Positions 1 to 8,931 of a stretch of DNA of 64,000 nucleotides are shown here, piece by piece. The notes under the pieces are model-generated. The model worked only from the letters and a program-made list of their open reading frames with translations. It ran no database searches and was not told where the DNA came from. Position 1 is the stretch's first letter, and each line of letters opens with the position of its first letter. The position numbers and the translations under genes are program-made. Source of the stretch: a virus; the IMG/VR virus record IMGVR_UViG_3300035703_000053, positions 1 to 64,000 of that record; one strand, written 5' to 3'.

Positions 1-1591
1 TTGTATTGCGTCTGTGAAAAATACGTTCAGCCCCAGCGCCTTCGCTTAAGTCAAAAATGCCTTGAGCAATATTTGCCACAGGCGCTGTATTAATATCCGC
101 AAACACCGTCCCCTCATCCTGCCGGTAGAAGCTACTAAAATTAGTCCCCGTGATGCTTACCACGTCAGCACTGCGGGTGACCGCTGTGCCAGAAGTCGGA
201 ATGACGCTCGTAGCAAACGCGCCCTGCTCTAGCTGGGGCAGGCCGATGCGGAGGGTGAAGTCAGCAACCCCTGTAGCCGTTGCGACGATTTGACTGGTCA
301 CACGCTCAATGGTTGCGCCTGAAGCCGTAAACACATTTACAGATCGCTGAGTAGCAAGCGAAGCGGATGTAGGGATAAAAGAAACATCATTGCTAGCCAC
401 TGCTACTCCTGTAACTGTTCTATATTGCAATCGATGTATAAAACTTACATTATTTAATGTGCCTCCAGATAGTTTTAGGTAGGCAGAGCTTGTCCAGGTT
501 TGTCCATTTGCGGCAACAATCTGAGTGGATGTTTCAAAAAGAGAAGCCAAAAAAGTCGCCGACCCGTTTGTTACATACCGTACATCGATGTAGTTAATTC
601 CGTTTTCGGATCCAATAGCAGTGATTTCGCTTGAAGCAATGTTTCCGGCAACTGCTGCTTGACTCCAATTCGTCGGCAGCGTCCCCGGGGTCCCCGCCAC
701 CGCACCCACCATCGTGTTGTTGCGGATGCTGTTTGTCCTCTGCTCCTCCACCAGCAGCCCCAGGCTTTCGCCGGTCGTGGGGTTGTGGTCGAAGCGGGGG
801 GCCGAGTTGATCGTGCTGGTGGTGGGGATGTACTCTCCGACCGTGCTGGATTGCTCTAGTTGGGCGCCCCAGAGGTAGATGCCGCTGGTGCCGTCGCCGG
901 TATAGGACTGATTGTTTGAGTTATCTAGAACGTAACAGTGAGCCCGAACTGTTGCGCCAGAAGACGCAGGGATTCCGATCAAAATGCAACGGTACCAACC
1001 ATTCCCAACAGAAATGACAGAAGCCGTTGCACCCGATCCAGTGCCCGCGTTTGTTGCCGAAATTACTGCTCCGGTGCTCAGGTTAAATATGCCTGAAATT
1101 GCGTTGGCTCCAGTATCGCTTACATACAACTGAAAACGGCTGCGCTGATTTGCTTTTGCGTAGACAGAAAAGGTTTGCGTCGCCGAGGCACTGGTAGATA
1201 CGTTTTGGAACGTAACGTGTGTTCCAGCAACAGCAGATTCGACCAAAGAGTCTGCGTTGCTTGATCCATCAGGTGTGGTCGTTACATTTGCAGAAACAGT
1301 TGCCTGAAACTTGCTCCAACTCGCATTATCAAACTCCTCACTCCTTAGCAGCAGGTTAGTCGTCGCCGTCCGCAGCACCCCATCACTGCCCACGTACGTG
1401 CCGCTGCTGGCGCGGGTGAAGGTGACCAGCGACTGCCCGGTAACGGCGTCGGTCAGGCTTTTGTTATCCGCAAACCGCAGGTCAAGACTAGGTACTGCAC
1501 GTGCACGGCGCCATAATTCGTTTTTTACCCAAGGACCAGCAAGGACACCGCCAGGTGCTACTCCTGTACGAAATACTGCAGAACCACGCAT
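1..1591 (-). CDS. Tail fibre / virion surface protein, partial (runs off window start)
   Basis: ATG at 1591 overlaps the upstream TGA; open to the window edge. Translation MRGSAVFRTG...SLDLRFAD...FTRASSGTYVGSDG...TNLLLRSEEFDN...WGAQLEQ...APRFDHNPTTGESLGLLVEEQRTN...ATSVIPTSGTAVTRSAD has modules typical of cyanophage fibre proteins. Absent from the ORF track because it is truncated. Confidence 0.8.
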   Translation of the reverse strand, partial: MRGSAVFRTGVAPGGVLAGPWVKNELWRRARAVPSLDLRFADNKSLTDAVTGQSLVTFTRASSGTYVGSDGVLRTATTNLLLRSEEFDNASWSKFQATVSANVTTTPDGSSNADSLVESAVAGTHVTFQNVSTSASATQTFSVYAKANQRSRFQLYVSDTGANAISGIFNLSTGAVISATNAGTGSGATASVISVGNGWYRCILIGIPASSGATVRAHCYVLDNSNNQSYTGDGTSGIYLWGAQLEQSSTVGEYIPTTSTINSAPRFDHNPTTGESLGLLVEEQRTNSIRNNTMVGAVAGTPGTLPTNWSQAAVAGNIASSEITAIGSENGINYIDVRYVTNGSATFLASLFETSTQIVAANGQTWTSSAYLKLSGGTLNNVSFIHRLQYRTVTGVAVASNDVSFIPTSASLATQRSVNVFTASGATIERVTSQIVATATGVADFTLRIGLPQLEQGAFATSVIPTSGTAVTRSADVVSITGTNFSSFYRQDEGTVFADINTAPVANIAQGIFDLSEGAGAERIFHRRNT

Positions 1592-2187
1592 CAGAGACTT
1601 GCCTCTAAAGTAGCAACGCGAATATCAATAGTACTAGCTGAAGCAGGTGTATATGCACCACGGGTTTCAAGCTCTGCGTATAGCGTTGTGCTTGCACTTG
1701 CAAGTTTAACTAAACGACCGGCGTAATCAGTTTGTGTGTATAGACTGCTACCAAAGTCTAAGGGTGCAGACAAATCAATATACCCCATGTAGTTAGCGCG
1801 TTCGCCACTCATTAAGTCAAATGGTGCATTATCTGCAATTGCATTGGGAGTTGCACTATATAAATGCAGTCGGAATGCACCCATGCCGCTGGGTACAGAC
1901 GTATCACTAAACACAAGACTAACGGATTGAATTAATACGTAGCCACCACTTGGGCCAATGTTGGATAAGGTAATAATCGCAGAGCCGCCTGTATCACCAA
2001 CAACATCACCTGCTGTATACGCAGTTGTGTTAGATGGTCTTGTTACCGTGACAGTGCTTCGATATGCTTTACCATCAACAGTAATAGCACTGCCACCGTC
2101 GCTAACAGTAACTGTTCCTGTTACAGACGCAGGGTTGGAGGAATCATTTGTAATTCTTACTTTCCAACCTTGATTAATATCTGACAT
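1591..2187 (-). CDS. Putative virion structural protein
   Basis: 198-aa T/S/G-rich beta-type ORF (TRPSNTTAYTAGDVVG), translationally coupled to the fibre gene. Confidence 0.6.
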   Translation of the reverse strand: MSDINQGWKVRITNDSSNPASVTGTVTVSDGGSAITVDGKAYRSTVTVTRPSNTTAYTAGDVVGDTGGSAIITLSNIGPSGGYVLIQSVSLVFSDTSVPSGMGAFRLHLYSATPNAIADNAPFDLMSGERANYMGYIDLSAPLDFGSSLYTQTDYAGRLVKLASASTTLYAELETRGAYTPASASTIDIRVATLEASL

Positions 2188-2238
2188 TTTGTTGTTTTAT
2201 TTTTTATTTTAACAGGCTTTTGTTTAGGTGCGACAAGC

Positions 2239-2264
2239 AAAAGTCCCGGTTGCTCAAGCCGGGA
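2239..2264 (-). terminator. Putative intrinsic terminator hairpin
   Basis: Minus strand TCCCGG-CTTGAGCAA-CCGGGA followed by CTTTT, downstream of the small basic ORFs. Confidence 0.45.
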
Positions 2265-2341
2265 TTTGGTACTAACTACATTCCGCCAATGCCTACGCCA
2301 CAAGACGTTAACATTGAGCCTTAGAAATATAGCAGAATACC

Positions 2342-2512
2342 TTATTTATTTTTAGTGTTGTTTTCTTTTTTCTTTGCAATCATTTCTTTGAATTTGTCAC
2401 GGGCTTCTGTCTGCTTGGCAGATGCGCCGCCTTTGCCTTTAACAGGGGGAGCAGCTTTGCCTTTGGTAGGAGGTACAGCTTTCTTGGGGGGAGTAGCCTT
2501 TTTCTTTTCCAT
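2342..2512 (-). CDS. Small Lys/Pro-rich basic protein (56 aa)
   Basis: Translated by eye: MEKKKATPPKKAVPPTKGKAAPPVKGKGGASAKQTEARDKFKEMIAKKKENNTKNK*. Confidence 0.65.
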   Translation of the reverse strand: MEKKKATPPKKAVPPTKGKAAPPVKGKGGASAKQTEARDKFKEMIAKKKENNTKNK

Positions 2513-2545
2513 GATGATCAGGAATCTTCATTAAGTATACGTGAA

Positions 2546-2755
2546 TTACTTATCTTTGTAACGTTTGGATGCGCGGGCTGCTTTACCAGCTTTCTTTGCT
2601 GTCTCTGTGTTAGGCACAAATTGTTTACCTTCTCTGCTACCAGCGCGTTTCTTGCGATCGGTCTCCTCTCTTTCTTCCCTAGATAAAGAAGCCCATGCTT
2701 TTTCTGGTAAGTAGCGTTTAGTGTAACCAGGTTGAATTGCTTTATCAGTTGCCAT
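2546..2755 (-). CDS. Basic protein, C-terminal half of DUF5872-like family
   Basis: MATDKAIQPGYTKRYLPEKAWASLS...RKKRAGSREGKQFVPNT; start placed at ATG 2755. Confidence 0.6.
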   Translation of the reverse strand: MATDKAIQPGYTKRYLPEKAWASLSREEREETDRKKRAGSREGKQFVPNTETAKKAGKAARASKRYKDK

Positions 2756-3029
2756 CTTTATACCTTTTGGCCGCAGCTTTAGCTTTAGATCTTTTTTCAT
2801 ATTCATCTTTGGTTTGCCACTTTTCTTTTCCCCACTTTTCTAGCGATTTTTGTTTTTCTCCCTTGCCTCCCTTGTATCCTCCACCTGCTTTTTTATATTC
2901 TTGTGCTACAAGCTGCGCCTTACGTGCAGACCACTGACCTGGCTTGCCGCCTTTAGAGCCAGCCATGACGCGATCTTTAATACTCTCTCTTAACTCAGGT
3001 TTTGAGTATTTAGTGTCGTCTTGCGCCAC
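2745..3029 (-). CDS. DUF5872-like basic protein (N-terminal half)
   Basis: GGKPGQWSARKAQLVAQEYKKAGGGYKG motif recognised from memory of the family. Confidence 0.7.
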   Translation of the reverse strand: MAQDDTKYSKPELRESIKDRVMAGSKGGKPGQWSARKAQLVAQEYKKAGGGYKGGKGEKQKSLEKWGKEKWQTKDEYEKRSKAKAAAKRYKDGN

Positions 3030-3173
3030 TTATCCTTTGTTTTTTTCTTTTAATATTTTAAGCCACTTACATTCTTTTGCAGATTTTGCCCAGTCCTTTC
3101 CAGGGTTGGGCATAATCCTCTCTAGTTGCCAAAAGTATTCTTCGAGGCGTTCAGCCTCGGTAGGAATCTTCAT
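3030..3173 (-). CDS. Hypothetical protein
   Basis: 47-aa ORF filling the gap between neighbours on the coding strand. Confidence 0.45.
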   Translation of the reverse strand: MKIPTEAERLEEYFWQLERIMPNPGKDWAKSAKECKWLKILKEKNKG

Positions 3174-3357
3174 TTGTTTTAGCACCAAACTTTTGCATAA
3201 TGTCTTCCATGGCTTCAAGGGATTCCAAGCGAATCAGTAGGTCTGCCAGTGTGTTGATGGTGATCGGATGCTCATCACGTGCAGCAAACGCAAGGGCATC
3301 ACGCAAACTTGTCGTTGCCTGCTGTACAGACTCTTTGACTTGGCTTGAAAGGGACAT
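3151..3357 (-). CDS. Hypothetical cyanophage protein
   Basis: MSLSSQVKESVQQATTSLRDALAFAARDEHP..., helical ORF. Confidence 0.6.
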   Translation of the reverse strand: MSLSSQVKESVQQATTSLRDALAFAARDEHPITINTLADLLIRLESLEAMEDIMQKFGAKTNEDSYRG

Positions 3358-3490
3358 CTCGGATTCTTTGGGTAGCCTTACTATAACGGTTGCCGGACGC
3401 ATGCGCACGCAAAACGGAATCATATATAAAACAGTATGACAAACACACCGTTTTATATGTGTAAAAACCCTAACAATACAGTGCGGAAAA

Positions 3491-4075
3491 CTAATCTTCT
3501 TCCCAGACCCAGGCTACTTGATAGTCGTTGATGTACGGTTTAACGCCCAAGGATTTCATTAATTCAAAAATCAACCGCCCCTTACCAAGGCGACGACCAA
3601 AGTTGTCAATGATATTGTCATCCACAACAATCAAGGTCCCGTTCTTGATAATGTTTTTGGCAGCGAACAACTCTTTGAGATGGTGTGCCGCAGGCGCCCA
3701 GTCATCAAACCAGTTCTTGATGTTGTATGAATCCAAGTACAGAAGGTCGGCTTTGCCGGTTAGTTCTCCTAAGGCTTCAACAGAATCTGAACAGATGACC
3801 TCTGCCCATTCCGTGCTTTTTTCTGCTAGCTCGCAAGCTTTTGGATCGATGTCGATGCTAATGAGTTCGCCGCCGTGGAACTCAACGTAGTTATCAAACA
3901 AAAGTGTGGAGCAACCATCGCCTGCGTAGTTGTTTTCCTCTCGGTATGTACCAGTTTCGATAATGACTGGACGATCAATCTTATCGAGGTAATCAAAGAT
4001 TGCTTGAAAACCCTTCTGTCGGTTACCCAGCTTGGGTTTGGTTTGGTAAAAATAATCTGCCCAGGAGTCACTCAT
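3491..4075 (-). CDS. Class I SAM-dependent methyltransferase
   Basis: IIETGT (motif I), ISIDID, DSVEAL, DLLYLDS and GTLIVVDD motifs. Confidence 0.8.
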   Translation of the reverse strand: MSDSWADYFYQTKPKLGNRQKGFQAIFDYLDKIDRPVIIETGTYREENNYAGDGCSTLLFDNYVEFHGGELISIDIDPKACELAEKSTEWAEVICSDSVEALGELTGKADLLYLDSYNIKNWFDDWAPAAHHLKELFAAKNIIKNGTLIVVDDNIIDNFGRRLGKGRLIFELMKSLGVKPYINDYQVAWVWEED

Positions 4076-4078
4076 GGC

Positions 4079-4240
4079 CTATAGGTCGACACGAATGTAG
4101 GTAATGTCATCTAACTTTAGCTGCTCTTCATGTTGATCTGCATCCAGTGTCTCGATGTCTTCATACACGCGACCATTAAAACAGCCTGTACGGCAGTCCT
4201 CGTCTACGTCGTAATAAAACCGAGTCAAATTAATAGACAC
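4079..4240 (-). CDS. Small acidic hypothetical protein (53 aa)
   Basis: GTG-start ORF translated by eye (SINLTRFYYDVDEDCRTG...YIRVDL*), fills the gap between hli and the MTase. Confidence 0.5.
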   Translation of the reverse strand: MSINLTRFYYDVDEDCRTGCFNGRVYEDIETLDADQHEEQLKLDDITYIRVDL

Positions 4241-4469
4241 CAATAAACTCCCAAATTGATTTATGGGTGATTAGCTCCCACTGCATGATGAAGATTACTG
4301 CAAGCATGGCGGCACGACCATTAACTCGCTCTGCGTACCAGAGGTAATCGGTAGGGTGCGTCGGCATATCATACAGGTTTAGGTCTGGACAATACTCCTT
4401 AACAAGTTCGTACACAAACCAGGAAATGCAAGACCACATCCCTTGAAGCCAGAGGATTGATTTTTTCAT
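4230..4469 (-). CDS. hli: High-light-inducible protein (HLIP), N-terminally extended
   Basis: AERVNGRAAML chlorophyll-binding helix motif followed by a TM segment and ELITHKSIWEFIG. Confidence 0.8.
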   Translation of the reverse strand: MKKSILWLQGMWSCISWFVYELVKEYCPDLNLYDMPTHPTDYLWYAERVNGRAAMLAVIFIMQWELITHKSIWEFIGVY

Positions 4470-4570
4470 TGGCGCGTGACGGTTTTGGTAATAATGAGGT
4501 AGGCATCAATGCCGACTACCGATAGCATAGCCAACAAAATCGCTCCGATAGCAACTTCAAAATTGTCCAC
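4466..4570 (-). CDS. Small single-TM peptide (34 aa)
   Basis: GTG start; DNFEVAIGAILLAMLSVVGIDAYLIITKTVTRQ*; stop overlaps the hli ATG. Confidence 0.45.
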   Translation of the reverse strand: MDNFEVAIGAILLAMLSVVGIDAYLIITKTVTRQ

Positions 4571-4622
4571 GCGCAATTAGTTACTTTATGGTATAGGATA
4601 AGAATAATATATAAACCTTTTA

Positions 4623-5477
4623 ATGGTTGCTAAAATTAAAGAAGGCGATCATTGGTCGCTGAAATACCAAGAGCAACCAGAGTTGATGCGGGAGCTGAAC
4701 AGCCGCCCCGCCCGAATTACAATCAACGGGAAACGACATTACCATACACCGTTTGTAACTGGGCCGGCGCCCTCGGTAACTACTATAATTTCGGAAACTG
4801 CATCTGAAGCAAACAAGCGCAAGCTTGAGATGTGGAGTAAGAATAATCCAGGTGTTAAAGAAGCTGCTGCCGAAAGGGGTACTGCCATCCACTATGGGAT
4901 GGAATGTTACTTAAAAGGGGATAAAAACCCAGAGATTCCAGAGGAGTATAAAGAATTTTGGGTAGGTATGCCAGGGATTCTTGATCAATTTGACGAGGTG
5001 TTGTGGGCGGAAACTCCTTTGCTTGATCGGCATCAGTTCACATTATCAGACGATGGGATTGGTAGGGTATGGGCTCATGATGAGGAAGGGAGGGCGTGGG
5101 TTGGTTCTCCTGACATCATTGGTGTTGTAGGAAACAAACTGACGCTTGCTGACTTGAAAACCAGTGTCAAACCTTACAGCAGGAAGTGGCCCAAAGACCT
5201 GGAAAAAGGGTCTATGGAGTGGAGAGATCTGTTGGGTGGTCACATGAAATTTAAAAAAACATGCAAACAGCTCGCAGCTTACGACATTGGTATCGAACAA
5301 ACTCTTGGGATGAGGGTCCAGCAGGCAGCCATTCTTGTTTCAACACCCTTGCGTACTCAAGTTTTTAAGATTTCCAGGGGATTTCTTGATTGTTTGAGGG
5401 ATGACTGGTTGAAAGTGGTGGCTGAATACTATGCACAAATTGAGAATAGCAATGAGTATGATGCTGATTTGATCTGA
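4623..5477 (+). CDS. PD-(D/E)xK exonuclease (phage exonuclease / Cas4-like fold)
   Basis: PSVTTI, RGTAIH, GSPD...LADLKTS and QLAAY motifs. Confidence 0.85.
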   Translation: MVAKIKEGDHWSLKYQEQPELMRELNSRPARITINGKRHYHTPFVTGPAPSVTTIISETASEANKRKLEMWSKNNPGVKEAAAERGTAIHYGMECYLKGDKNPEIPEEYKEFWVGMPGILDQFDEVLWAETPLLDRHQFTLSDDGIGRVWAHDEEGRAWVGSPDIIGVVGNKLTLADLKTSVKPYSRKWPKDLEKGSMEWRDLLGGHMKFKKTCKQLAAYDIGIEQTLGMRVQQAAILVSTPLRTQVFKISRGFLDCLRDDWLKVVAEYYAQIENSNEYDADLI

Positions 5478-5481
5478 AAGT

Positions 5482-5712
5482 ATGGCGTGGAATCCTAATG
5501 ATCCGATGGAATTACGCAAGAGGATTGCTTGGTCTGTCGCAACCTCGTCTTGCATTGAGACAAGGAAAGATCCGGTGACTGTCTACCAGCAGATCATGGA
5601 CGAATGGGATGAAGAAGATAAGAAAAAGTTATGTTCTACAGATGAGACTAATGAATCTAAAGAAAGTTCACGAAGATTGAAGGGTTCCTTTGGATTGGGC
5701 ACCCTAGGATAA
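5482..5712 (+). CDS. Hypothetical protein
   Basis: 76-aa ORF in operon. Confidence 0.55.
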   Translation: MAWNPNDPMELRKRIAWSVATSSCIETRKDPVTVYQQIMDEWDEEDKKKLCSTDETNESKESSRRLKGSFGLGTLG

Positions 5713-5736
5713 GAAGACACACAACCGAGACCTCCG

Positions 5737-5925
5737 ATGGAAATCCACCAGGTTTCCGTTGGTGAGTGGATGAATACGCTCCAAAGCCTCATGATGAATG
5801 CGGCGGATGGGGATTGTTTTTGTCTGCCCACCACGATGCATCTTCATGCATTTTTACTATTAAAAGAGGAGGTTTTCCCCACGCGAGATTTTAAAGTAGA
5901 AGTCAAACAATCAACGGAAGCATGA
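5737..5925 (+). CDS. Hypothetical protein
   Basis: 62-aa ORF, ATGA-coupled to the primase gene. Confidence 0.55.
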   Translation: MEIHQVSVGEWMNTLQSLMMNAADGDCFCLPTTMHLHAFLLLKEEVFPTRDFKVEVKQSTEA

Positions 5926-8549
5926 CCAGCAAGAACAAGTTATCCCTTAAGCCCGGAGAAGTACGTCTTGACTACATCCCCAAGGACTGGCCCCTCACTC
6001 CTCTCGGCGCTAACAAAAATCCATATGTATCCGGCTGGCAGAACAAACCGTTTGATGCGCAACAAATTGAGGAAGAAATACTCACGGGAAAATGCAAGGC
6101 TGTCGGTTTGGTTGGCGGGCCTGTTTACAACTATCCTTATGGTCTGGTCTGGGTTGATGTTGATGGACCAAGTGTATATAAACTCATTGAAGAGCTCTCG
6201 GGACTCCCATTTAATGAAGCACTGCCCCCAACCCTGACTATCTTCAGTGGAAGAGAAGGAAGGGAGCGGAAACTATATCGTTTGGACAGGGAGAAACATA
6301 AAAATTTTGTAAGGAATAAATACACCTGGCTTGGTGACGAGAACAAAGAAAAGCTAGAGATTCTTTGGAAGAGGTGCCAAGGGGTGTTGATGGGTCTTCA
6401 CCCTGATACCGATGGGTATTACACAGGGGAAGACCAAGGATTTGAGTGGGTGGATGAACTGCCTGAATTCCCCGACTGGTTGATGAACGCAATCATCAAC
6501 AAAAATATTCGGGTCGGTGTTCCAGCAAAGGAGGTGACTCGGGTTATTGGTCCGGGGTTTGCTGTCAATATTCAAATTGATCTTGAACGTGACATGAAGC
6601 TGGCAAAGGAGGCAATGTGGGCTATGCCTCCAGAAGCTGCTGATGACTACGACATCTGGATTGCGGTTGGCCAGTCGCTACATTCACTGGATGAATCGCT
6701 GGTGGATGAATGGGATAACTGGTCCAAGCAGTCAGATAAGTATAGGGATGGTGAATGCCACAAGCGTTGGTTATCTTTTAGTGGAAGTGGAGGCCGTGGT
6801 GTTGGATCACTTATCCATATTGCAAAAGAGCAAGGATGGACTCCACCCCAAGATCACAAAGTAATGTGCGTTGATAATGAAACACTGGAGCATGTGTCCA
6901 AAATGTTAGAAACGATTGAGAATGAAATGCCTGCTCCAGAAAAAACTGAGGAAACAAAACCAAAACAAGAAGTAAATAAAAAGAACAGCTGGTTTGAACC
7001 AAAAGAGGAGCCAGAGAAAAAGAAAAAAACAAGCAACAAAAATCCGCCGTCTAACCAAATTACAGAGACCTTGGTTCAACTTTATGAAGGAAACGTGAAA
7101 TACAGCCTGGGCCACGGGCAGTTTTTCATGTACCAGAAAAGGAGTGGGTATTGGGCTCCGGTTACCAAGATTGAAATGCTTGGTGATGTGCGTGAAAAAC
7201 TTGGATTACTTGGTGATCACTACCTGCCCAAAGGGTTTTCAATCAATTTAATGAACGATATTTATGCACAACTTCAATCGGTTTTTACGTTTAATGACTG
7301 GTATGACGGTAATGATTACCTTCTTTTCACCAATGGTGTGTTGCATGTTTCTTCTAAGGAGCTGCTTCCTTTTGATAAAGATTTGAATTTGTTGCAAGCA
7401 ATGCCGTATGAGTATGACCCAGGGGCATCTTGTGAACCAATCATTAAATGGTTGAAACATACTCAGCATGGAAGCTGGGAACGTGCTCAGGTTCTAAGAG
7501 CATGGTTGCGTGCAACACTTCTTGGTTGCTATGACATTCAAAAGTTCATTGAAATTGTTGGCCCAGGAAAGTCGGGTAAGTCCACCTATGCAAACCTGGC
7601 CGTAGCATTGGTTGGCAAACAAAATACTTATTCAACAGACTTTGAAAATCTGGAGAAGAATAGGTTTGAGGCGGCTAGCTACATGGGTAAAAAGTTATTG
7701 CTGTTCCAGGATGCAGACCGATGGGGCGGTTCAGTTTCTCGCTTAAAAGCAATTACTGGCAATGATTGGATTCGTTCTGAACGTAAGTACCAGACAGAAA
7801 GTCAAGATCCCTTCCAGTATCACGGGATGGTAATGATTACAGCCAATGAAGCAATTCAATCAACCGACTATACGTCTGGTCTTGCTCGTCGGCGTTTAAC
7901 CGTTCCATTCGATAGGCCGTTTGATGGGAGCCAAGCGGAACAGAAGGAACTGATTAAGTTTGATACGAAGGGTAATCCGCAAGGTGTTTTTGCTCCAATG
8001 CTGCCTGGTTTGGTGAACTGGCTATTGGACATGCCAGAACAGGATATGCGTAGGTACTTAATGGAGACTGGGCAAAATGTAAAATTCTTCCAGAAGTACG
8101 AGAAACAGCAAAGCCTACGTTCTAATCCTGTGCTGGACTGGTTAGATCACAAGGTTGTGTTTGATCCAGGTGTGAGAACTGCTGTTGGTTACTGCAAGGT
8201 GGTTGCAGGTGGTGGGTCTGGATACTACATGAACTGGAACCAGTGGTTGTACACCAGTTATGCAGAGTTCTGCCGCAGCTGTAATGTCAATATTATGTCG
8301 CGTGCCCGATTTGAACCCCTGTTCCTTGACATCTGTAAGCACCAGCTAAAAATTAATGTCTATGGTGTCAAGAGCAAGAAAGGCATGCAGGTATTTAACG
8401 CTGCTGTGATGGAGTCAAATCAAAAGTATGAGGTGTATCCATCCATTGTGGAAGTTGCATCCAATCCAGAGAAGTACAAAGAATTTTATGGAATGAGCAT
8501 TAATCAAATTAAAGATGAGACAATAGAAGATAATGCATCAGAACAGTGA
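5922..8549 (+). CDS. Primase-helicase: AEP Prim-Pol + PriCT-2 + D5-like SF3 helicase
   Basis: N-terminal WPLTPL..K.P...W and VDVD; DDYDIWIAVGQSLH...WDNWS (PriCT-2); Walker A GPGKSGKST; KAITGND and MITAN (SF3 motifs). Confidence 0.92.
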   Translation: MTSKNKLSLKPGEVRLDYIPKDWPLTPLGANKNPYVSGWQNKPFDAQQIEEEILTGKCKAVGLVGGPVYNYPYGLVWVDVDGPSVYKLIEELSGLPFNEALPPTLTIFSGREGRERKLYRLDREKHKNFVRNKYTWLGDENKEKLEILWKRCQGVLMGLHPDTDGYYTGEDQGFEWVDELPEFPDWLMNAIINKNIRVGVPAKEVTRVIGPGFAVNIQIDLERDMKLAKEAMWAMPPEAADDYDIWIAVGQSLHSLDESLVDEWDNWSKQSDKYRDGECHKRWLSFSGSGGRGVGSLIHIAKEQGWTPPQDHKVMCVDNETLEHVSKMLETIENEMPAPEKTEETKPKQEVNKKNSWFEPKEEPEKKKKTSNKNPPSNQITETLVQLYEGNVKYSLGHGQFFMYQKRSGYWAPVTKIEMLGDVREKLGLLGDHYLPKGFSINLMNDIYAQLQSVFTFNDWYDGNDYLLFTNGVLHVSSKELLPFDKDLNLLQAMPYEYDPGASCEPIIKWLKHTQHGSWERAQVLRAWLRATLLGCYDIQKFIEIVGPGKSGKSTYANLAVALVGKQNTYSTDFENLEKNRFEAASYMGKKLLLFQDADRWGGSVSRLKAITGNDWIRSERKYQTESQDPFQYHGMVMITANEAIQSTDYTSGLARRRLTVPFDRPFDGSQAEQKELIKFDTKGNPQGVFAPMLPGLVNWLLDMPEQDMRRYLMETGQNVKFFQKYEKQQSLRSNPVLDWLDHKVVFDPGVRTAVGYCKVVAGGGSGYYMNWNQWLYTSYAEFCRSCNVNIMSRARFEPLFLDICKHQLKINVYGVKSKKGMQVFNAAVMESNQKYEVYPSIVEVASNPEKYKEFYGMSINQIKDETIEDNASEQ

Positions 8550-8905
8550 GCAATGGTCGGCACTTAATTTTAGATTTATATGAGTGCGACTCAGCGCTCT
8601 TAGATAACTATGAGGAGCTTCAACGATTGCTTGAGGCTTCTCTTGTTATGGCTAAAGCTAATATCTTACGGATTATTGGGGAGAAGTTTCAACCGCAAGG
8701 GGTAACTCTACTGGCTTTGTTGGCTGAGTCCCATGCATCTTTGCATAGCTGGCCAGAGATTGGGTATTGTGCTATCGACCTTTACACCTGTGGTGACACA
8801 ACGCAAACGCATAAAGCTGCTGAATTTCTAAAACTAAAACTTAAGGCAAAAATTTCCGAACAAAAAGAGCTGACACGTTCGATTACCCCTACAACACTTG
8901 TATAG
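8546..8905 (+). CDS. speD: S-adenosylmethionine decarboxylase proenzyme family
   Basis: GRHLILDLY, FQPQGVT, LLAESHASLHSWPE (E|S self-cleavage) and DLYTCG. Confidence 0.92.
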   Translation: MSNGRHLILDLYECDSALLDNYEELQRLLEASLVMAKANILRIIGEKFQPQGVTLLALLAESHASLHSWPEIGYCAIDLYTCGDTTQTHKAAEFLKLKLKAKISEQKELTRSITPTTLV

Positions 8906-8931
8906 TTAATCGAGGGCTCTCAATTAATTAA

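Noticed and set aside
2228-2302. Degenerate tRNA (TGGCGGAATG resembles a Leu/Ser D-arm) or glutamine riboswitch
   Set aside because: No anticodon or T-arm, and the flanking consensus of glutamine aptamers is not matched.
4623-5477. Cas4 / CRISPR adaptation gene
   Set aside because: Lacks the four-Cys Fe-S motif; fits an ordinary phage PD-(D/E)xK exonuclease in a replication operon.
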